DNA of 64,000 bases from an uncultured Candidatus Binatia bacterium (GTDB lineage: Bacteria > Desulfobacterota > Binatia > Bin18). The notes beneath the pieces were generated by a model. The model saw only the letters and a program-made list of their open reading frames with translations, was not told the origin of the DNA and searched no databases. The translations under genes and the position numbers were made by a program. The stretch lies in NCBI GenBank assembly GCA_965200965.1, contig OZ241744.1, forward strand, positions 1,952,001 to 2,016,000. The letters run 5' to 3'. This document shows, one piece after another, positions 19,183 through 28,759 of this stretch (position 1 is its first letter; each line of letters opens with the position of its first letter).

Positions 19183-20340
19183 ATGTACCGCATGACATGG
19201 CACAGGCCCTCCGACCAGAGCTTCCCTCTTCACCGCACCTCCGCACCCCCCTTCCAGGCTTTGCCGCTCTACCCCCGCCTGCGTCCCTTTGTCTTCTCCC
19301 TTGCCCCGGAGCGCGCCCACCGTCTCGTCCTGATCGCACTCCGGCTGCTGCAAGCCTCTCCGTTCAAATCAATGCCTCCAAGTGACCCCCGCCTCAGCCA
19401 GGAACTATGGGGGCTGCGTTTCCCGAATCCAGTCGGTTCGGCTGCTGGTCTTGACAAAAACGCCGAAGTCCCACTCGCATGGCCATTCTTGGGATTCGGT
19501 TTTGCCGAGTTCGGTACGCTGACCGCACAAGCCCAGCCGGGCAATCCCAGGCCGCGTGTTTTTCGCCTGGCAGAGGACCAAGCTTGTATTAACCGTTACG
19601 GCTTTCCTAACATTGGAGCGGCTGCCGCGGCTCAAGGTCTCAGTCGTCTGCTGAAGGGCTGCCAGCGTCCCATTCCCTTCGGCATCAACATTGGCAAGTC
19701 TGCGAAGACGCCACTTGAAAACGCAGTTGACGACTACCTGGAGAGCTGCGCCCGACTCCTGCCCTTTGCCGACTATCTAGTTGTGAATGTCAGCTCCCCC
19801 AACACCCCCGAGCTGCGCAAACTCCAGGAAGTTGAACGCTTGGGCAAGCTACTCGAAGCCCTCCTGACACAGGTAATCCAACTCGCTCAACAGACCGCTA
19901 CCGCCCCCAAACCAGTCTTGATAAAAATTACGCCCGACCTGGGCGATACGGCCATTCACGAAATCGCCAGACTCGCGCTTGAACTTGGCATTGCCGGCCT
20001 GATCGCCACCAACACCACCCTCGCCCGGCCCGAGCTGCGCCGCCCCATCAATGAGGCCGGCGGCCTGAGCGGACGTCCCCTGGCCAAGCGGGCCACCGCG
20101 GTCATGCGCAGCCTGTTCCGGACCGTCGAAGGCAAGCTGCCCCTGATCGGCGTCGGCGGCATCTTCTCGGCCACAGACGCCTATGAACGCATATGCGCCG
20201 GAGCCTCCCTCGTCCAGCTCTACACCGGCCTGATCTACGAAGGGCCGTTCTTAGCCCGACGCATCGCCCACGGCCTGAACCATATCCTTGATAGGGAGGG
20301 TCTGGACAACATCCGGGAGGCCGTAGGAAGCAAGACCTAG
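19183..20340 (+). CDS. pyrD: Quinone-dependent dihydroorotate dehydrogenase (start uncertain)
   Basis: AAGLDKN, GNPRPRVFRL, NVSSPNTP, GGLSG, QLYTG. Confidence 0.93.
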   Translation: MYRMTWHRPSDQSFPLHRTSAPPFQALPLYPRLRPFVFSLAPERAHRLVLIALRLLQASPFKSMPPSDPRLSQELWGLRFPNPVGSAAGLDKNAEVPLAWPFLGFGFAEFGTLTAQAQPGNPRPRVFRLAEDQACINRYGFPNIGAAAAAQGLSRLLKGCQRPIPFGINIGKSAKTPLENAVDDYLESCARLLPFADYLVVNVSSPNTPELRKLQEVERLGKLLEALLTQVIQLAQQTATAPKPVLIKITPDLGDTAIHEIARLALELGIAGLIATNTTLARPELRRPINEAGGLSGRPLAKRATAVMRSLFRTVEGKLPLIGVGGIFSATDAYERICAGASLVQLYTGLIYEGPFLARRIAHGLNHILDREGLDNIREAVGSKT

Positions 20341-20407
20341 CGTGACTGTCCGCCTTGTCAAGCGTCTTCCGTCGTGCTATGGAGACAGCCATCCAGGAGA
20401 CGACGTA

Positions 20408-20797
20408 ATGCCCTACTCCCCCGACATCCTTATTGCTTGCCTGATCGTCGCCTGTTTCGGGGCGGGAGCCTGTTCAGACTCCCAAGATATTGCTGGCAGA
20501 TGCCTAGGCGACATCGATGGGACGACCAACGCGAATACGCACCTCTTGGCGAACACAAAAATTGCCGAAGAAGCGCAGGCATGGATTCTCAAACTCGGTA
20601 AAAGTACAGCCGTCGTCAAAACCTGGGGAAACTCCGAGCACGAACTTGCCCGTGTAGAGTGGGAAGGAGGGTATGGATACGCTGAGGCGAAGAGCGACAG
20701 GGATGAAAGAATTATCCTGAAATTCCCTAACCTTATCAAAGGGAATACGCTGACTATGATCTGTGTGCCAACGGAGCAACACTCCAGCTCTGGATAA
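20408..20797 (+). CDS. Hypothetical lipoprotein
   Basis: SD GGAG, hydrophobic N-terminus with AGAC lipobox-like motif; lower GC than flanks. Confidence 0.55.
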   Translation: MPYSPDILIACLIVACFGAGACSDSQDIAGRCLGDIDGTTNANTHLLANTKIAEEAQAWILKLGKSTAVVKTWGNSEHELARVEWEGGYGYAEAKSDRDERIILKFPNLIKGNTLTMICVPTEQHSSSG

Positions 20798-20805
20798 GAG
20801 AGAAT

Positions 20806-21606
20806 TTGATGGGTGAGTCTCCTAAAAATCTTTGGTCTCAGATACAAAACCACCTGTCGACCTTTTGGTCTCAGATACGAGGCTATCTTACAAATGTCCG
20901 GTCTCAGGATACGAGGCCGGCGGGGCATCAAAACCGAGAAACCCAAGAAAAGAGAGGGTCTTGGCTGTCGATCTGTACGCTGTTCGTCATAATTGTTATC
21001 GTTCTCTGGGGTCTTCGTGAATTGCAAAAAGCGGTAGGCAGCTTCCAAAGTCCAGCCGTTCAGGTGTTAGAATCTATCAACATTCAGAAGTTAACCGTGT
21101 ACAAAACCTCCGTCGAGGTAATTACGCGGGCAACCGAAGGAGAGGATGGAAACATCTCTGTCCAACTCCTGACAGGAGGATTGCTCGGCAGAGACAAGCG
21201 CACAGAAATCCTTTATCGCGGCTGTCTCGATATGAGATACGGACTTGATCTTCCCGAATTGACAGACAAACACTACCAAGTTGACGCTGATCTCATTAAA
21301 CTCACCCTCCCTCCGCCTCGCGTCATTGGATCGCCCCAATTTGTAGCGCGGGAGGACTGTATTACGGATGTTATCCGTACTCGTTCAAGTAATTGGTTTT
21401 TTTCTCCAGACACGACAGATATTGTCAAATATACCCGTATCGCTCTGCAAGAAAAACTTCCCGAGTGGATGCGCCGGTACAATTTTGACGAAAAAGTCCA
21501 AGAGCGGACCGAGCAGGTAATCAAGGACTTACTCGAGAGCTTTTTCCCCGGCCACAAAATTGCTATAACCTTCGACGCTTCTGAACAGGAGACTGGAACA
21601 TCATGA
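20806..21606 (+). CDS. Membrane-anchored DUF4230-like protein
   Basis: Single TM; KLTVY, YGLDL, IKLTLPPPRV, and the terminal ERTEQVIKDLL...IAITF pattern. Confidence 0.6.
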   Translation: MMGESPKNLWSQIQNHLSTFWSQIRGYLTNVRSQDTRPAGHQNRETQEKRGSWLSICTLFVIIVIVLWGLRELQKAVGSFQSPAVQVLESINIQKLTVYKTSVEVITRATEGEDGNISVQLLTGGLLGRDKRTEILYRGCLDMRYGLDLPELTDKHYQVDADLIKLTLPPPRVIGSPQFVAREDCITDVIRTRSSNWFFSPDTTDIVKYTRIALQEKLPEWMRRYNFDEKVQERTEQVIKDLLESFFPGHKIAITFDASEQETGTS

Positions 21607-22232
21607 GCCCGGTTGTTAAGTGGGTTCTTTGGGTTGTTAGGTGGGTTCTTCCGATTGTTGTCGTGGTATTTTTGATCATTAGCGCTCTTAACATAATCGG
21701 AATCGGCACCGGAGGAGCCATCCAACACGACCTCGATACGGTGACAGTCATCTTGGACTCAATGAAGGAAAAAGACGACCTGCATATCACTCGTACAGTC
21801 GCCTCGGATTTCCACGAGTACCATGTCAATTCCAGGGGCGAGGTAGTCGCTCAGGATGAAGGGGACGAGACGGTGGAGTACATTTCCGTCTCGACAGTTG
21901 ATGCGTCCTTACCAGTGTCCAGAATAAGGAGCCACGAAGAGGGCGGCAGATTCACAGTTTGCCTTCCTCCCATTTCTCTCGAAACGGAAATCCAAGAGAA
22001 ACTGAGTTTTATATGGGACGCTTCCGCTAAATTCCCTAATACGGATGTTGAGCAAAAGCTCTCAGACGCCGCGCGAAGACGTGCCGAGGTCATGCTAACG
22101 GCCAGAGGCATCAAACAGCAGGCAGAAGAAAGCGCCCAAATCTTTTTCTCTCAGTTGTTTGAACTGTTGGGGGATACCTCTATAGTCGTCAAGTTCTGCG
22201 AGAAAAGCCCATCCCCATTGCAGGAGGGCTGA
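21603..22232 (+). CDS. Second membrane-anchored DUF4230-like protein
   Basis: N-terminal TM, FTVCLPPI, GIKQQAEESAQIFFSQLFELLG..IVVKF; ATGA overlap with the upstream gene. Confidence 0.55.
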   Translation: MSPVVKWVLWVVRWVLPIVVVVFLIISALNIIGIGTGGAIQHDLDTVTVILDSMKEKDDLHITRTVASDFHEYHVNSRGEVVAQDEGDETVEYISVSTVDASLPVSRIRSHEEGGRFTVCLPPISLETEIQEKLSFIWDASAKFPNTDVEQKLSDAARRRAEVMLTARGIKQQAEESAQIFFSQLFELLGDTSIVVKFCEKSPSPLQEG

Positions 22233-22299
22233 GGATCACTCACCCGCCCCCCGGCCGCGACTCTCGCCCTATGTGAACCATCCCCGTCCAGCCTTCAAT

Positions 22300-23757
22300 T
22301 TACAGGGCGGTGGATTGCCACAGCTCCAGGCTGCGGACTATGGCACTCTCCAGCCAGGGCAGAAACCGCGCCTCTGCCTCCTCCTGTGCCTCCTTGTAGT
22401 TGATCTGGAATACCTGATCGGTCACAGGTGTCACCGTGCCGATCTCGCGCTCTCCGTCCTCTGTTTCCACCCGCTGAAACCACGTCGCAGAACAGGCGAT
22501 CACCCCCTGGAACCCGTGACCAAGCCCGTGAAACGCAATCAACAGTTCTGTTCGGTTGGCGTTCTTCATCACCAGGCGCGCCCAGGAACGATAAGTCTGC
22601 GTATTAGCGAAGTAGTTGAGCGCCTTTGCACTCTCAATGATCTGGGAGCGAAAGTAGTGGCTGTTCCGGTCCCCGTCTGCAGCACGGTCGGCGAAAAATT
22701 CGGCGTGTTCGAGAACGCCCCGCATTTCCACGCGCAATTGTTCCGCAACCTCAGCAAGACGGCGTTCAGATTGATTGCATAAATGGGCGGCAATGGACTT
22801 GGCCGATTCCCACTCGGCGACAAGAGAATCCCTGCGCTTCGCCAACTGCTGCCGGACAGACGCAATGGTATCCTCAACACGGCGGGATATGAGGACATCT
22901 TCGGCAATGCTGAGGGCCTTTACGAACTCGGCTCTCTGGAGGCCGGCGAAGTACGCCACCAAGTCCGCCAGATTTCCGTCGTCTGCGGCTTCCAAAGCAT
23001 CAAGATAGCGCTCACGCTCGCGGTCCCTGACCACCAACGGAAACCAGCCCGCCTTGACAAAAACCAGCGTAGCGAGGGCTCGGGCAACGCGCCCATTGCC
23101 GTCCTGAAATGGGTGTATCTGGGTAAATCGGTGGTGCAACCAGGCAGCTTCTACTTCCGATGCGACATCACCGTGAGCGCCATACATCTCGATCAATCTG
23201 TCCATCTCCGAGGCAACCTGCTCTGGTGGACAGTATTCGTGCAACTCTCCATCGGGACGTTTAGGATTGTTCGGCTGAAGTTTGTAAGCGCCTCTGAGGA
23301 GGGGAACCCTTGTCTTCTTACCAGAGGAGTCAATGCCTTCCACCGTCTCCTGATGCTGCGTCATCAGAGCGTGCAGGTCCTTGACATAGCTGGTGGACAG
23401 TGAACGGTTCCCTTTGACAAAATCAAAGACAGCGTCCACTGCTCCCTTGTGATCTTCAATCATTGACACAATGGATTGTGGATTCTGCGCGCTTTCGTGT
23501 GGGATCAAGGCGGCGTTTATACCGCGATCAATCAGCAGTTCTGTCACGCCGCGATCGAGGGTATACAGCCGCTCAATCAACCCGGTCTCAACCGCCCATT
23601 CGCGCCTCAGTCGCTCATCGAATTGCCGGAAGGCGTCCCGATCTTTCAGGCGGTCGTACTGCTCGCGCCAGACTTGCGCCAGGGGACGCAACTCGGCTTG
23701 AGCGAGTTCAGCCGGTGAGCTTTCGTAGTCTTGAATTGGCACCCATCTCTTTGTCAC
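22300..23757 (-). CDS. Fic family protein with a long C-terminal extension
   Basis: Canonical HPFQDGNGRVAR; N-terminal WAVETGLIE; SD GGGAGG before GTG 23757. Confidence 0.9.
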   Translation of the reverse strand: MTKRWVPIQDYESSPAELAQAELRPLAQVWREQYDRLKDRDAFRQFDERLRREWAVETGLIERLYTLDRGVTELLIDRGINAALIPHESAQNPQSIVSMIEDHKGAVDAVFDFVKGNRSLSTSYVKDLHALMTQHQETVEGIDSSGKKTRVPLLRGAYKLQPNNPKRPDGELHEYCPPEQVASEMDRLIEMYGAHGDVASEVEAAWLHHRFTQIHPFQDGNGRVARALATLVFVKAGWFPLVVRDRERERYLDALEAADDGNLADLVAYFAGLQRAEFVKALSIAEDVLISRRVEDTIASVRQQLAKRRDSLVAEWESAKSIAAHLCNQSERRLAEVAEQLRVEMRGVLEHAEFFADRAADGDRNSHYFRSQIIESAKALNYFANTQTYRSWARLVMKNANRTELLIAFHGLGHGFQGVIACSATWFQRVETEDGEREIGTVTPVTDQVFQINYKEAQEEAEARFLPWLESAIVRSLELWQSTAL

Positions 23758-23776
23758 GGTTTCCTCCCTGGTGTCC

Positions 23777-24604
23777 CTACTCGTCCCGCGGCCGCTCGAC
23801 CGACATGCCCAGGATGTTATAGCCGCCGTCGATGTGGACAATTTCCCCGGTGATCTTGTCGGCCAGCGGGCTGCACAGAAACAGCGCCGCCCTGCCTGTG
23901 TCGGAGTTCAGAATCTCGGCCTGAAGGGGCGCAAAGCGCTTCATGTGGTCCTGCATGACGGCAAAGCCGGGGATGCTCGTGCCGGCCTTGGTGGCGGTCG
24001 GGCCGGGCGACAGGCCGTTAACCCGGATGCGGTGGGGGGCGAGGTCGTAGGCCAGATTCCTGATGATATTGTCGAGCGCCGCCTTGGTGATGCTCATCAG
24101 CTGATAGCCCGGAATGACCTTCTCGCCAGCATAATAGGTCATGGCCAGAATGCAGCCGCCGCGGTCTTTCATCAACGGGAATGCACCGCGCGCCAGCCCA
24201 ATCAGCGAGTAGGTGCTGATGTCCATCGCCAGCTGAAAATCGTCCCGCCCGATATCCAGAAAACGCCGCTGAAAAGACGCCGGCGGGGCGTAGGCGATGG
24301 AGTGAATGAGAAAATCGAGTTGCCCGAACTCCTGGCCCAACTCGGCAAACAGCCGCTCTAGCTGCTCATCCTTACTCACGTCACACTCCAGGATGAGCGG
24401 ATCGGTGAGCTGCTCCGGGATTGCGCCCAACAGGCGACGGACGGCTTTGCGCTGAATGGACAGGGCCACCCGCGCCCCGCCGTCGTTCAGCAGCTTGGCA
24501 ATCGGCCAGCCGATCGAGTGTTCGTCCAGGACGCCGGCCACCAGCGCGGTTTTGCCGGAGAAGTCAAGCAGGCTGCCGAGCGGGTTTGGTGTCGCAGCGC
24601 TCAT
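23777..24604 (-). CDS. fabI: Enoyl-ACP reductase FabI
   Basis: SIGW, IHSIAYA, MTYY, Y..M...KAAL, RVNGLSPGP. Confidence 0.88.
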   Translation of the reverse strand: MSAATPNPLGSLLDFSGKTALVAGVLDEHSIGWPIAKLLNDGGARVALSIQRKAVRRLLGAIPEQLTDPLILECDVSKDEQLERLFAELGQEFGQLDFLIHSIAYAPPASFQRRFLDIGRDDFQLAMDISTYSLIGLARGAFPLMKDRGGCILAMTYYAGEKVIPGYQLMSITKAALDNIIRNLAYDLAPHRIRVNGLSPGPTATKAGTSIPGFAVMQDHMKRFAPLQAEILNSDTGRAALFLCSPLADKITGEIVHIDGGYNILGMSVERPRDE

Positions 24605-24614
24605 CGGGTCTCCC

Positions 24615-25403
24615 TTATTTTCCAGTGAACTCGGGTGCTCGCTTTTCCACAAAGGAGCGAATGGCCTCTTGATGATCTTGTGTATGGAAACAGTGCTTCT
24701 CCAAAGCCAGGGATGTGTCCAGAACCAGATTGGCCGTATCGCGCAAAATTTTATTCACCGACACCTTGGTCCAGCGAATCGCCTTGCTCGGCCCCTTGGC
24801 CAGACGGCTCGCAAACGCGGTTGCCCGGTCCATCAGCTCCTCACTCGGCACCACATGGTTCACCAGCCCGATGCGCTCGGCCTCGTGGGCAGTCACCAGA
24901 TCGCCGGTCATCAGAAACTCTTTGGCCCGGGCTGCGCCGACCAGCCACGGCCAGATCACCGCCCCGCCATCACCGGCCACCACCCCGACCCGCACATGCG
25001 GGTCGCCAATCCGGGCATTGTCCGCGGCGTAAATCACGTCACAGAACAGGGCCAAGGTTGCCCCCAGGCCGGTTGCCGGGCCGTTGACCGCAGCAATAAT
25101 CGGCTGTTCTACCTCCAGCATGTCAATGATGATCTTGCGCGCCTCGGCGAACAGGGCGTCGAGCTGCGGCCCGGTCATGTCCTGAAACCACTTGATATCG
25201 CCGCCCGCGCAAAAAGCCCGGCCCTTGCCGGTCAGGAGCACCACCTCGGTCTCCCGGTCGTGGGCGATATCGGCAAAAATATGCGACAACTCGGTGTGCA
25301 GCTCGGCATTGATGGCGTTCAAGGAGTCTGGCCGATTAAAAGCCAGGGTGAGGATGTTGTCCTTGCGTTCGGCGCTCAGATAATGATAACGGCTGTAGTC
25401 CAT
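24615..25403 (-). CDS. Enoyl-CoA hydratase/isomerase family protein
   Basis: AFCAGGDI, AVNGPATGLG, DPHVRVGVVAGDGG. Confidence 0.92.
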   Translation of the reverse strand: MDYSRYHYLSAERKDNILTLAFNRPDSLNAINAELHTELSHIFADIAHDRETEVVLLTGKGRAFCAGGDIKWFQDMTGPQLDALFAEARKIIIDMLEVEQPIIAAVNGPATGLGATLALFCDVIYAADNARIGDPHVRVGVVAGDGGAVIWPWLVGAARAKEFLMTGDLVTAHEAERIGLVNHVVPSEELMDRATAFASRLAKGPSKAIRWTKVSVNKILRDTANLVLDTSLALEKHCFHTQDHQEAIRSFVEKRAPEFTGK

Positions 25404-25488
25404 AGTGATCCCCTCCTTCATGCGAGGTCAACAGTGCTCAGGCGGCTTATTATCTGCCAGACACCCCCAACGATCAAGGGAAAACGCG

Positions 25489-26460
25489 ATGCGTATCTAT
25501 TTTTGCCGCAAGGGATTGGCCTATATCAGGAAGGTCTTGCAAAAAGAGTTGCCGGACGACGAGGTGCTGGAGTGCCCGCCTGAGCAGGTCGCCGAGGTCG
25601 CCCGGCAGGCCGATATCCTGATTCCGACGGTCTCGCCGATTGGGGCTGCGGCCTTTGCCGCGCCGCGTCTCAAGCTAGTCCAGCAGTACGGGGCCGGGCT
25701 GGATTCGGTCGATATTCCGGCCGCCACCCAGGCCGGGGTGTATGTCGCCAATGTGCCCAGTGCCGGCACCGGCAACGCTGAGTCGGTTGCTGAACTCAGC
25801 CTGTTCTTCATGCTTGCCCTGGCCCGCCGCTATCCCCAGGCCCAAGAGAGCATTGCCCAGCAAAAGCTCGGCACGCCAATGGGTCTGACCCTCAAGGGCC
25901 GCAGCGCGGCGATCATCGGCTATGGCGGCATTGGCCGCGAGGTCGTCCGCCGGCTGGCTGGTTTTGAGATGGACCGCATCCTGGCCGTCTCCAAACGCGG
26001 CCCCAAAGGCACGCCCGAAGAAAACGCCATCCCGGTCGATTTTCACGGCCGGCTGGGCAACCTCCACGAGGCGCTTGGCCAAGCAGATTTTGTTATTGTC
26101 GCCCCGCCGCTGAACGACGAAACACGCGGCCTGATAGGGCCGGCCGAGTTTGGTGCCATGAAGTCCGGCGCATTTCTCATCAATGTCGCGCGTGGCCCGG
26201 TTGTGGACTACGACGCCTTTCTGGCTGCGCTCAAAGACGGGCGGCTGGCCGGGGCCGGCCTGGACGTGTTCTGGCACGAGCCGTTTGACCCGACCGACCC
26301 CATCTTTTCCTATAATGTCATCGCCACCCCGCACTTCGGCGGAGCCACCGATCTCAGCCTTCAGGGCATCGGCAAGAGAGTCGCCGAGAACGTCAATCGG
26401 CTCAGGAATGGACACGCCCCGCTGAACTGCGCCAATCCAGAGGTAGCGGGCAGACGCTAG
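25489..26460 (+). CDS. D-isomer specific 2-hydroxyacid dehydrogenase
   Basis: GYGGIG, INVARG, GAGLDVF, TPHFGG. Confidence 0.92.
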   Translation: MRIYFCRKGLAYIRKVLQKELPDDEVLECPPEQVAEVARQADILIPTVSPIGAAAFAAPRLKLVQQYGAGLDSVDIPAATQAGVYVANVPSAGTGNAESVAELSLFFMLALARRYPQAQESIAQQKLGTPMGLTLKGRSAAIIGYGGIGREVVRRLAGFEMDRILAVSKRGPKGTPEENAIPVDFHGRLGNLHEALGQADFVIVAPPLNDETRGLIGPAEFGAMKSGAFLINVARGPVVDYDAFLAALKDGRLAGAGLDVFWHEPFDPTDPIFSYNVIATPHFGGATDLSLQGIGKRVAENVNRLRNGHAPLNCANPEVAGRR

Positions 26461-26505
26461 GCCGACCGGAGCGGAGGGGGGAGAATCCCTCACGCCTCGG
26501 GTCTG

Positions 26506-27639
26506 CTAGCTCCGCTGCTCAGCCTGGACATAGGAGACGGCGTGGTCGCCGGTGTAGACCTGGGTGGGCCGGAAGATGCGGTTGTTCGGCAGCTGCTCAA
26601 CCCAATGGGCCAGCCAGCCGGCCACCCGCGCAATGGCAAAGATGGGGGTGAACTGGTCAATCGGGATACCGAGCTTGTCGTAGACCACCCCAGAGTAGAA
26701 ATCGACGTTTGAGGCAATGCCTTTGCGCCCGACGTGCTCGCCAATCACGGTTTCCACCTCTTGGGCAACCTTATACAGCGGATGCTCGCCCTTTTGCTCA
26801 AACAGGCTGTGGGCCAAGCCCTGCAAGGCAAACGCACGCGGGTCTTTGACTTTGTAGACGCGGTGGCCAACGCCCATGATCTTGGCCTTGGCCTTGAGCT
26901 TGGCATCGATATAGGGCCGCACCTTGTCAACCGTTTCGATTTCACGGAACATGCGCAGCGCCTGCTCGTTGGCCCCGCCGTGCAGCGGCCCGGTCAGCGC
27001 CCCAATCGCCGACGAGACCATCGTATACGGATCGGCCAGGGTTGAGCCAACCACCAGCCCGCTGAAAGTCGAGGCGTTCATGGTGTGCTCGGCATGCAAA
27101 ATCAGACACACATCCATGATGTGGGCTTCGAGCGGGTCGGGCTCTTTTTCGTTCAGCATCCACAGAAAATTAGCCGCGTGCGACAGATCATCGCGCGGCT
27201 TGACCGGCTCGTCGCCGTGACGCATACGCTCAAAAGCGGCCACAATTGTCGGTAGCTTGGCGATCAGGCGCACAATTGACCAGTAGTTCTGATCCTGGTC
27301 GGCCACGTCTTTTGCCGGGTAGAACATACCGAGGGCGGCCACCACCGATTGCAGGGCGTCCATCGGATGGCCGTTTTCCGGGAAGGATTTGAGCACATCA
27401 ACGACCCGGTATTTGATCCGCCGATGGGTGCGGAGGTCGTGATCGAATTTTTCCAACTCCAGGCGCGTGGGCAGCCTGCCCCACAACAACAGATAGGCCA
27501 CTTCTTCGTAGGAGCTTTTCTCGGCCAGTTCCTCAATCGGAATACCGCGATATTCGAGGACGCCTTTCTGGCCGTCGATAAAGCCCACCTGCGACTCCAT
27601 AATGGGCACACCTTCGAGCCCGGGAACAAGTTTCTCCAT
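26506..27639 (-). CDS. gltA: Citrate synthase
   Basis: GLEGV, HAEHTMNAST, GPLHGGAN, GHRVYK, NVDFYSG. Confidence 0.95.
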   Translation of the reverse strand: MEKLVPGLEGVPIMESQVGFIDGQKGVLEYRGIPIEELAEKSSYEEVAYLLLWGRLPTRLELEKFDHDLRTHRRIKYRVVDVLKSFPENGHPMDALQSVVAALGMFYPAKDVADQDQNYWSIVRLIAKLPTIVAAFERMRHGDEPVKPRDDLSHAANFLWMLNEKEPDPLEAHIMDVCLILHAEHTMNASTFSGLVVGSTLADPYTMVSSAIGALTGPLHGGANEQALRMFREIETVDKVRPYIDAKLKAKAKIMGVGHRVYKVKDPRAFALQGLAHSLFEQKGEHPLYKVAQEVETVIGEHVGRKGIASNVDFYSGVVYDKLGIPIDQFTPIFAIARVAGWLAHWVEQLPNNRIFRPTQVYTGDHAVSYVQAEQRS

Positions 27640-27694
27640 AGACCAGCCTTTCTACCTGTGCAGGAACGTTCGGGGGCGACGCCAGCGGGGCGTC

Positions 27695-28069
27695 TCAGCC
27701 GTTCATCTGCCGGTTAAATGTGTCAAGGTCGAAGTAATCGCGCCACGACGCAATTTTGCCATTCTGGATTTCAAACACCCCGGCAACCGGCAGCGACAAC
27801 TTTTTCTCGCCCATGACAAAGTGGTCAACCCGTTCATTCATGACCACATTGCCGGCCGAGGTGGTGTGCAGGATATCGAACTGCACGCTGTCCGCGCCAC
27901 GCAGGAAGGGTTCAACAAACTTGCGAATGGCGTCATGGCCGACATACGGCTCCATCGGAATGTTATGGTAAAAGCAGTCCTCCGTGAGGTAGCTCAGCAC
28001 CTCGTCGGTATTCTTGCCTGACCACGCCTGACAAAAGTCAGTGACCAATTTTTCATTGTCTGCGCTCAT
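27695..28069 (-). CDS. Limonene-1,2-epoxide hydrolase family (NTF2-like) protein
   Basis: YHNIP, NERVD, WRDYFD. Confidence 0.85.
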   Translation of the reverse strand: MSADNEKLVTDFCQAWSGKNTDEVLSYLTEDCFYHNIPMEPYVGHDAIRKFVEPFLRGADSVQFDILHTTSAGNVVMNERVDHFVMGEKKLSLPVAGVFEIQNGKIASWRDYFDLDTFNRQMNG

Positions 28070-28187
28070 GTCGAGTCCTCCTTTATTCAGGAACGGGTAG
28101 CGTCAGTGCCCCGTCGTCTTCCTATTACCTAGCGGAAATACCCCGGTCCTGGCAAGCCTCTCCGCGGCGATGGAAAACGGGGCTGTC

Positions 28188-28216
28188 TTGACCCGTCCGG
28201 CGCGCTCCTCTAGCCT
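28188..28216 (+). promoter_or_regulatory. Sigma70-type promoter TTGACC-17-TAGCCT, 6 nt before the ATG (leaderless)
   Basis: Canonical spacing; no SD upstream of the phosphatase gene. Confidence 0.55.
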
Positions 28217-28222
28217 GCCGGC

Positions 28223-28759
28223 ATGACTGATTTCTACGACCCGTTTTCGCCGGCTGCTCACATCTCTGCGCGTGACCAACGGCCCGAGGTGTGCGAGATT
28301 CTGCCCGGCCTGTTTGTCGGCGAATACCCTCGGCTTGAAGACATTGCCTGGTTGAAGCGCAAGTTCGGGATTGCCGCCGTCCTAAGCCTCCAGGACGACG
28401 ACGACCTTGCGCTCAACCGGCTCAGTCTGCCGGCGCTGGACTCGGCCTATGGTCAGTGCCGGATCGCCTTCTGTCGGGTGCCGGTCGCCGACTTCAACTG
28501 TCAGAGCCTAGCCGCCAGCCTGCCCCAGGCCCTGACCGCGCTCCACACCTTTATCCGAGCCGGTACGCCGGTTTTCGTGCATTGCAACGCCGGCTGCAAC
28601 CGGGCTCCGACCCTGGCCATTGCCTACCTGCACGCCCACCGCGGCTTAGGGCTGGACGAGGCGCGCGACTTTGTTAAAGCCCGACGCGCCTGCGGCCCCT
28701 ACATGCAGGTCTTGCGTGAATACTTCGTGGATTCAGACAGATCACAGTGCGGACAGTGA
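28223..28759 (+). CDS. Dual-specificity (CX5R) phosphatase, glucan phosphatase-like
   Basis: VHCNAGCNRA P-loop, ADF acid loop, AYL motif. Confidence 0.85.
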   Translation: MTDFYDPFSPAAHISARDQRPEVCEILPGLFVGEYPRLEDIAWLKRKFGIAAVLSLQDDDDLALNRLSLPALDSAYGQCRIAFCRVPVADFNCQSLAASLPQALTALHTFIRAGTPVFVHCNAGCNRAPTLAIAYLHAHRGLGLDEARDFVKARRACGPYMQVLREYFVDSDRSQCGQ

